Part shown: positions 58,008 to 64,000 of the stretch, piece after piece
Position numbering within the stretch: the stretch's first letter is position 1
Layout: each line of letters opens with the position of its first letter
Source of the DNA: Candidatus Multivoradales bacterium
GTDB taxonomy: Bacteria > Acidobacteriota > Thermoanaerobaculia > Multivoradales > J023
Length of the DNA stretch: 64,000 nucleotides
Direction: 5' to 3'
NCBI GenBank assembly: GCA_965248925.1
Contig: CBDFLE010000006.1
Coordinates: forward strand, 3,680,001 to 3,744,000
Made by a program: the position numbers and the translations under genes
The notes under the pieces: generated by a model
The model's input: only the letters and a program-made list of their open reading frames with translations
Told to the model about the DNA's origin: nothing
Database searches by the model: none

Positions 58008-59486
58008 GTGATGATTCCACCGACCGCCAATTTGGCCGAGAAGCGGCGCATCTTGCAGCTCGAGACGCTCTACGATCTCGCCCTGGCGCTGCATGCCCAC
58101 CGGCCCGAGGAGGAGCTGGTGGAAGAGCTATTGCAACAGGTCTGCATGGTGCTCGATCCGGCGGCGGCGGTAGCGGTGACCCGCGATCCCTATGGCGCGG
58201 AGCGAACGGTGGCCAGCGTCGGTTGGTTGCAGCGGCCCGCCGGCTCCAGCTTGCTCGCCGCTCCCCTGTGGCGCGAGCTGCTGACCAAAGGCGAAGCGTT
58301 GGTGCGGCACCAGGGCGAGCTTGCCGGGCGTCCTTACCAGGAGTTGGTGGCGGCGCCGTTGGTTTATCGCGGCGTGTTCCTCGGCTATTTGGCGTTGCTC
58401 GACAAGGAGGTCCGCGAGGCGCCGGCTTCGTCTGCCTTCAGTGACGAGGACCGCCGCTTTCTCGATTCCGTGGCCTCGCTGGCCGGGGTGGCGCTCGATA
58501 GTGCTCGGCAGTTGCAAGAGATGGCTAGTCAGCGCGAGCGTTTGGCGGAGGAGAATAGGGCCCTCAAGGGACGCCTGGTCGAAGAGTTCGCGGGCCAGCG
58601 CATCGTTGCCCACGCGCCGCCCATGCGACGGGTACTCGAGCGGGTCGAGAGGGTAGCGCCGCGCGGGGTCAATATTCTGGTGCGGGGCGAATCGGGAACC
58701 GGCAAGGAACTGATCGCCAAACTGATCCACTTTCTTTCCGGCCGCCGAGGACCGTTAATCGCCCTCAACTGCGCCGCCTTGCCCGAGTCTCTACTCGAAA
58801 GCGAGCTCTTTGGCATCGAGCATGGGGTTGCCACCGGGGTCGAAGCGAGGCGCGGCAAATTCGAGCTCGCCGACGGCGGCACCCTCTTTCTCGATGAGAT
58901 CGGCGATCTCGAGTTATCACTGCAAGTCAAACTCCTGCGCGCTCTGCAAGAACGCGAGGTGACGCCAGTCGGTGGCGAGAAGCCGATTCCGATCGATGTC
59001 CGCCTGGTGGCGGCGACCCATCGCAACCTCGAATCGTTGACCGATCAGGCCCGCTTTCGCGAGGACCTCTACTACCGGCTCAAAGGAGTCGACATCGAGC
59101 TACCGCCATTGCGCGACCGGCGGCAGGACATTCCCCACCTGGTGCGTATTTTCACCGAGGAGTTTTGCCGCCGCGAGTCGATTGGCGCGCCGCAGATGAC
59201 CTCCGGCGCCCTCGAAATACTCTTGGCCTACGACTACCCGGGCAATGTTCGTGAGTTGCAAAACCTGATCGAGGGCTGCGTTTCGCTGGCCGACGGCAAG
59301 GTAGATGGTGAGTTGCTTCGCGGGCTTTTGGGTGGTGTTGAGGACAGCGCCCAAGGTCCCTTGGATCTGAAGTCCGTCGAGCGGCGGCATATTCGTCAAG
59401 TCATCCGCTTGACCGGTGGCAACAAGAGTGCCGCTGCCAAGGTGCTAGGGCTCGATCGTCGGACTTTGCAGCGCAAGGGGTTCTAA
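58008..59486 (+). CDS. sigma54-dependent activator (GAF-AAA+-Fis HTH)
   Basis: GESGTGKE, NCAAL, ESELFG, GVATGV loop, LFLDEIG, FREDLYYRL, PGNVREL, GNKSAAAKVLG. Confidence 0.94.
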   Translation: MMIPPTANLAEKRRILQLETLYDLALALHAHRPEEELVEELLQQVCMVLDPAAAVAVTRDPYGAERTVASVGWLQRPAGSSLLAAPLWRELLTKGEALVRHQGELAGRPYQELVAAPLVYRGVFLGYLALLDKEVREAPASSAFSDEDRRFLDSVASLAGVALDSARQLQEMASQRERLAEENRALKGRLVEEFAGQRIVAHAPPMRRVLERVERVAPRGVNILVRGESGTGKELIAKLIHFLSGRRGPLIALNCAALPESLLESELFGIEHGVATGVEARRGKFELADGGTLFLDEIGDLELSLQVKLLRALQEREVTPVGGEKPIPIDVRLVAATHRNLESLTDQARFREDLYYRLKGVDIELPPLRDRRQDIPHLVRIFTEEFCRRESIGAPQMTSGALEILLAYDYPGNVRELQNLIEGCVSLADGKVDGELLRGLLGGVEDSAQGPLDLKSVERRHIRQVIRLTGGNKSAAAKVLGLDRRTLQRKGF

Positions 59487-59617
59487 GGGTCGGCGAAGCG
59501 CCGGCTGCCGCCTTACTGCTAGACTCGGTGGCAGCACTTCAACGAATTTCAAAATCGCTCGGCCCAACCAGGCCGGCGGCTGCTGTGGGCTCGGTCAGAG
59601 TCGCGGAGGGTATCCGG

Positions 59618-60511
59618 GTGCGAAAGACGACTTTTGGGATTTGCTGGCTGGTGTTTTTCAGTCTAGCGACGGTCTTAGGGGCTCAAGGGCCACAACCGGA
59701 CGAACCGCGCCCGCGAGCGGTAACGCCGCGGCAGGAGGAGGGCGAACCAAAGCCATTCTTGGCTAGCGGCCCGCAAGAGCTTTTCGCGCGTGGCGTTGAG
59801 TTGGCCGACGAAGGTAGGGTGCGGGAGGCCTTGACCCTCTTCAAGGCTCTCACTATTGCCCATCCGGAGCTGACCGAGCCGCATGTCAATTTGGCGGCAT
59901 TGCTAGCGCCGAGCAACTCGGTGGCTGCCGCCGACGCCGCCGAAGCGGCACTGCTGGCCCATCCGATTTGCCGGGCGGCTTTCGAGCTGCGCTTCCTCGA
60001 CTCTCTCGGTAATCACAGCTTGGCGTTACTCGCTGGCGATGCGCGAGTGCCGCAGAGCCGCGCTGCGCCACGCTCATTGGCTATTGCCGAGCCGAATTCA
60101 GCGCTGCCCACCTACTCCGCTGCAGACCCTACGCCGTTGACGGCGGCGAGTCACTCGTCGTCGATCGATGAAGCCGCAGCGGTCGATAGCCTAGTAGCCG
60201 CGTGGGCGGCGGCCTGGTCGGCGCGCGATGCGCAGGATTACCTGGCGTTCTATGCCGCCGAGTTCCAGCCCCTGGCCCTGTCCCGTGAAGCTTGGGAACA
60301 ACAGCGGCGAGAACGATTGGCGGGGCCAAAATTCGTCGAGATTACGGTTTCGGATCTGCGGATTGAGCGCCTTGCAGCAGGGCGGATAGCGGCTACCTTC
60401 GTCCAGCGGTACCGCTCCGACAGGCACCAGGATCAGGTGCGCAAGACGCTGATCTTTGTTCGTCGGGACGGCTCATGGCGCATCGTGCGGGAGACCTCGA
60501 CTAAGTCGTAG
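59618..60511 (+). CDS. secreted TPR protein with C-terminal NTF2-like (Cds6-type) domain
   Basis: Signal peptide; PELTEPHVNLA; WAAAWS..D...YLAFY, FVQRYRSD, WRIVRE. Confidence 0.75.
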   Translation: MRKTTFGICWLVFFSLATVLGAQGPQPDEPRPRAVTPRQEEGEPKPFLASGPQELFARGVELADEGRVREALTLFKALTIAHPELTEPHVNLAALLAPSNSVAAADAAEAALLAHPICRAAFELRFLDSLGNHSLALLAGDARVPQSRAAPRSLAIAEPNSALPTYSAADPTPLTAASHSSSIDEAAAVDSLVAAWAAAWSARDAQDYLAFYAAEFQPLALSREAWEQQRRERLAGPKFVEITVSDLRIERLAAGRIAATFVQRYRSDRHQDQVRKTLIFVRRDGSWRIVRETSTKS

Positions 60512-60551
60512 CTGGCGGCTTGATTCTTGTGCGGCGTTTTGCCGCATGGGT

Positions 60552-60760
60552 GACAAAATGTCCCACTTGCTCTTTCGAGGCTCGTTTCTCGTGGGTTTCG
60601 GCCGAAGGTCTTGGGTGTTTCTCGCCAAGTCGCGACAATTTGTCGCGCTGAGTTTCGAGGTGGGCTGTACTCCAGGGCGCGGCTATGGGGTCTAAACTCA
60701 ATTAATTCAACAGGTTGCAATTACTTTTCAGTTTTTTCTCCAAGCTGGCAACGACCTTGC
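60552..60760 (+). promoter_or_regulatory. sigma54 promoter with two palindromic enhancer sites and an IHF-like site
   Basis: GACAAAATGTC (60552-60562), CGCGACAATTTGTCGCG (60631-60647), TTCAA-CAGG-TTG (60706-60717), TGGCAAC-GACC-TTGC (60746-60760). Confidence 0.75.
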
Positions 60761-60794
60761 GAAAGAACCTGGGTGAATCAGTACGGAGGCCCTC

Positions 60795-60953
60795 ATGTTA
60801 GAATCAGCCAGACAGCGCATCATCACCCTCCCTCGAGTCCCAACGCAGCTCATGCTGTCGGTCGGGACGATCGCGAGTTTTTCCTGGCTACTGCTACAGG
60901 ACAAGATCCATCCCCTCGTCATCTACCTGCTCCAGGCCTATTTGACCTTCTAG
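60795..60953 (+). CDS. small hydrophobic protein (52 aa)
   Basis: GGAGG RBS; MLESARQRIITLPRVPTQLMLSVGTIASFSWLLLQDKIHPLVIYLLQAYLTF; first ORF after the sigma54 promoter. Confidence 0.65.
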   Translation: MLESARQRIITLPRVPTQLMLSVGTIASFSWLLLQDKIHPLVIYLLQAYLTF

Positions 60954-60968
60954 TGGATCCGGGCTCTG

Positions 60969-61439
60969 ATGGCCAGTGACGACATCTCTACCGCAGACTT
61001 GACGGTAGGAGAAAGCGAAGTGCAGGAAGTCATGCTCGAGCTGCCAATGCTCGAAGACATGGAACTGACCGCCAGCAAGACTGCCTGCGCGATGGGCGAG
61101 CAGATCCGGATGAGTCCGGATAAGATCGACGAGATGCGCATGGCGGTGGTCGAGGCCTGCATCAACGCGTTCGAGTACAGCCAGGCCGAAGATGAGCGGG
61201 TGAGAGTTGGATTCCGGATCCTGGGTTCCCGAGATCAGCCGCTGGGGCTGCAAATTACGGTGAGGGATCACGGTGTCGGATTCGTCCCGGAGAATGTCCC
61301 GCAACGGAGTCTGGAAGAGAACTTCGAAACTGGCGACAAGAGAGGTTGGGGGTTGCGGATCATTCGTGGTCTGATGGACGAAGTCGATATCCGATCAGGG
61401 CCTGCAGGAACCAGCGTCATCATGCGTAAGCTACGGTGA
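60969..61439 (+). CDS. RsbW-like anti-sigma factor / serine kinase
   Basis: AVVEACINA, VRDHGVGF, GWGLRIIRGLMDEV. Confidence 0.92.
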   Translation: MASDDISTADLTVGESEVQEVMLELPMLEDMELTASKTACAMGEQIRMSPDKIDEMRMAVVEACINAFEYSQAEDERVRVGFRILGSRDQPLGLQITVRDHGVGFVPENVPQRSLEENFETGDKRGWGLRIIRGLMDEVDIRSGPAGTSVIMRKLR

Positions 61440-61455
61440 GGCCGGGAGACACTAG

Positions 61456-61806
61456 ATGACTGAGAGTTTAAAGCTGAGAATCGACAAGCGCGAAGGTGGT
61501 CTGGCGGTGGTCTACACCGAGGGCTACATCAATAATCAAGGGGGCGAGGAGATCGCGCGGATCGCCTACGAGCTGATCGATCAGGGGACGCGGACCCTCT
61601 TACTGAACCTCGCCGGTACCAAGATCGTCAACTCGATCGGCATCTCCATCCTGATCGAGATCATCGAGAAGATGATCGAGATCAAGGGCAAACTGGCGTT
61701 TTGCAGCCTGACGCCGACTATCCACAAGACTTTCCACATCATGGGCTTGGCCCAATACGCCGGGATCTACGCCGACGAAGAGGCCGCGGTTCGAGAACTC
61801 TCGTGA
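61456..61806 (+). CDS. STAS-domain anti-sigma factor antagonist (RsbV-like)
   Basis: LLLNL...IVNSIGISIL, KTFHIMGL. Confidence 0.9.
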   Translation: MTESLKLRIDKREGGLAVVYTEGYINNQGGEEIARIAYELIDQGTRTLLLNLAGTKIVNSIGISILIEIIEKMIEIKGKLAFCSLTPTIHKTFHIMGLAQYAGIYADEEAAVRELS

Positions 61807-63386
61807 CCACCGCCGTCTCGGTAGTATCGACGGCTGAATCCTGGCGCCGCCTCTTCTCCTTGTCTTCGCGCCAGAGCGAAGATCTGGGCACTTTGACCGA
61901 GCGCCTAGCCGCCTGGTGCCAGGGTGCCGGGCTCGAGGGCGCAGCGCTATACGCCAATGCCGATGGCGTGCTTCGTTCCCAGGTGCGTTGTGGCGAAGGT
62001 GACTTTCCCGATCCGCTGACCGACGCCAGTGTCAATGACCCAAACAATGATGGCGAGCAAGGCGATGTTGGCGCCTGGCGTCGATTGGAGCTGGTCGAAG
62101 GACCGCTGCTGTTTCGAGGCCCGGCCACGGTCGAGATCGATGGCGATCTCCTGTTGATCGCCGCCGGGGCGCGCATCAGCATCCTCAAGAAACAGGTGCA
62201 GCGGCAGAGCTTCGAGGCCAACTTTCGCGGCGTCGAGCTCGAAGCGCTCTACGACGTGGGTTTGGCGATCACCAAGACCCTGGACCTCGAGTCCTTGGGC
62301 GGCGAACTGCTGATCCATGCCGTCTCGCTACTCGACGCCCGCCGGGGTGCCCTCTACCTACTCGACGACGGTACCTATCGTCTGCAGTCCCATCTTGGAG
62401 GTACGGCAGTCCCGTCCTTCGCCGTCGACGACTGTGCTGAGCTCGACGCCGACACATTGCCTGGCGCCGAGTTTCTCGAAGCGGCGCCGATCGAGGTCGA
62501 GGGAAGGCGCCGAGGCTTGTTGTTGGTCGCGGACAAAGAAAGTCGCCGCGGAGTCGGACCGTTCTCCGAGAAGGATTGCCGCACCCTGTCGCTATTTGCC
62601 AATCAAGCGGCGATCGCCTTGGAGAACGCCAAGTTACATCGGCTAGCGCTCGAAAAAGAGCGCATGGAGCGGGAGATGGAGCTGGCGGTCGAGATTCAAC
62701 AGCAGATCCTGCCCAAGGCGATGCCCAACCTACCGGGTTTCGAAGTGTTGGGTTGGAACCGGCCAGCGCGACAGGTAGGTGGCGACTATTTCGATATTCG
62801 ACCCCTCGATGGCGATCGCTGGGGTCTGGTGGTGGGCGATGTCACCGGCAAGGGCATGCCGGCGGCGCTGTTGGTCTCCACCTTTCACTCCGCCTTGCGC
62901 CTGCTGGCTGACCGGGTCGATATCGGTCCGACCCTGGTCGAGAGACTCAACGCGCATATCTTCGAGTCTTCGAGCGCCAATAAATTCATCACCATGTTGT
63001 TGGCCGAGCTTGACACGGAAACCGCCCGACTGCGCTACCTGAACGCCGGTCACAATCCTGGTTTGGTAGTGCGGGCCAGCGGTGAGGCCGAAGAGCTACC
63101 CTCGGCCGGGTTGCCCCTGGGGTTGATGCCCAACGGCAGGTACCACGCCGCCGAACTAGCCCTCGAACACGGGGATTTGCTCTGTCTCTACAGCGATGGC
63201 ATCACCGAGTGTGAGTCGCCAGCGGAGGAGGAGTATGGCATGGAGCGGCTGCAAGACTTGCTATTCACAAATCGTCAGCTGCCGTTGGGCGAAATTGTTG
63301 TGGCGATCGATCGGGCGATGCTCGATTTTGCCGCCGGCTTGCCGCAGGGTGATGATCAGACGGTGGTTCTGCTGCGCCGGTCTTGA
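61803..63386 (+). CDS. GAF-domain PP2C/SpoIIE phosphatase (RsbU-like)
   Basis: IQQQILP, VGGDYFD, GDVTGKG, NAGHNP, YSDGITE, DDQT. Confidence 0.93.
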   Translation: MTTAVSVVSTAESWRRLFSLSSRQSEDLGTLTERLAAWCQGAGLEGAALYANADGVLRSQVRCGEGDFPDPLTDASVNDPNNDGEQGDVGAWRRLELVEGPLLFRGPATVEIDGDLLLIAAGARISILKKQVQRQSFEANFRGVELEALYDVGLAITKTLDLESLGGELLIHAVSLLDARRGALYLLDDGTYRLQSHLGGTAVPSFAVDDCAELDADTLPGAEFLEAAPIEVEGRRRGLLLVADKESRRGVGPFSEKDCRTLSLFANQAAIALENAKLHRLALEKERMEREMELAVEIQQQILPKAMPNLPGFEVLGWNRPARQVGGDYFDIRPLDGDRWGLVVGDVTGKGMPAALLVSTFHSALRLLADRVDIGPTLVERLNAHIFESSSANKFITMLLAELDTETARLRYLNAGHNPGLVVRASGEAEELPSAGLPLGLMPNGRYHAAELALEHGDLLCLYSDGITECESPAEEEYGMERLQDLLFTNRQLPLGEIVVAIDRAMLDFAAGLPQGDDQTVVLLRRS

Positions 63387-64000
63387 GCCTCGGCGGCTAT
63401 TGGGTCGTCGGGCAAGGCGGTGAAACCGCTCGAATCTCCGATCACCAACGAAGGCGCCGAGATGCCCCCCAGCGGCGTGCTACGGGTGGTCAGGACCACC
63501 GGGTCGTCGCCGATACCTCGCAACATGGCGAAGGCTCGCAGCGCGCTTTCTTCCCACACCGCGTCGGGCAGTGCTGCGCCGAGCTGACCATCCTTGATCC
63601 TGCGCAAACCGCGCGCGATGCAGCGCAGGTGCAGCTGCGTCGGCTCGAAGCACTCTGGATGATCGAGCCAACCGACGCGGAAGCCACCCTCGGCGAGACG
63701 CATCAATTCTTGCGGCTCGGTGGTGCCCGGCTGGAGAAAAAGATTGCCGCACAACGCGTCCTGACCGCCGACCGACTGCGCGTTAGGACGCATGCCGACC
63801 TCGGCGCCGTGGTACTGATTCAGAGCCGCGGTCGAAGGGGTGCCGTTGGTGATCAGACTCAAAGGCGCTTTGATCGCCCCTTCCAGATCGAAAGGGAAAG
63901 GCAAGCCGCAGGCGAGGGTACCGTCGTCGTGCAGATTGAGACGCCGATCGAACACCTGCACGTTGCGGTGCCGGCTGATAAAAGAGGTGCCATCGAGATA
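63356..64000 (-). CDS. TldD/PmbA-family protein, C-terminal part (runs off window)
   Basis: FPFDLEG, LITNG, NLFLQPG, IKDGQL, GGISAPSL; frame open to the window edge. Confidence 0.8.
   Translation of the reverse strand, partial: YLDGTSFISRHRNVQVFDRRLNLHDDGTLACGLPFPFDLEGAIKAPLSLITNGTPSTAALNQYHGAEVGMRPNAQSVGGQDALCGNLFLQPGTTEPQELMRLAEGGFRVGWLDHPECFEPTQLHLRCIARGLRRIKDGQLGAALPDAVWEESALRAFAMLRGIGDDPVVLTTRSTPLGGISAPSLVIGDSSGFTALPDDPIAAEAQDRRSRTTV

Overview
GC-rich bacterial chromosomal window. Gene style suggests Acidobacteriota, possibly Thermoanaerobaculia-like; this is inference only. Housekeeping and signalling genes include 3-hydroxyacyl-CoA dehydrogenase, moaA, a GldA/F/G-like ABC operon, a glnS-YqeY fusion, EF-G2, an M16 peptidase pair, lexA, a PilT/PilU ATPase, gatCA, an amidase, two ECF sigma factors, two Ser/Thr kinases, an SLC13 permease, a sigma54 activator and an RsbW/STAS/RsbU module. 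Accessory DNA includes a nitrilase-domain two-gene module, an RHS fragment followed by IS21 and an ISL3 remnant, a xanthomonadin/aryl-polyene-like cluster with a chorismatase and two flavin halogenases but no ketosynthase, and an intact IS66. The strongest novel candidate is a XerC/D-like tyrosine recombinase followed by two convergent AT-rich genes bounded by a perfect 19-bp inverted repeat that carries the RBS and ATG of both genes. This looks like an invertible either/or gene switch, and it is preceded by the same direct-repeat motif found in the lexA promoter. The second candidate is an unannotated, highly structured ~370-nt minus-strand RNA with its own promoter and terminator downstream of moaA. 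No tRNA, rRNA or CRISPR array was recognised.
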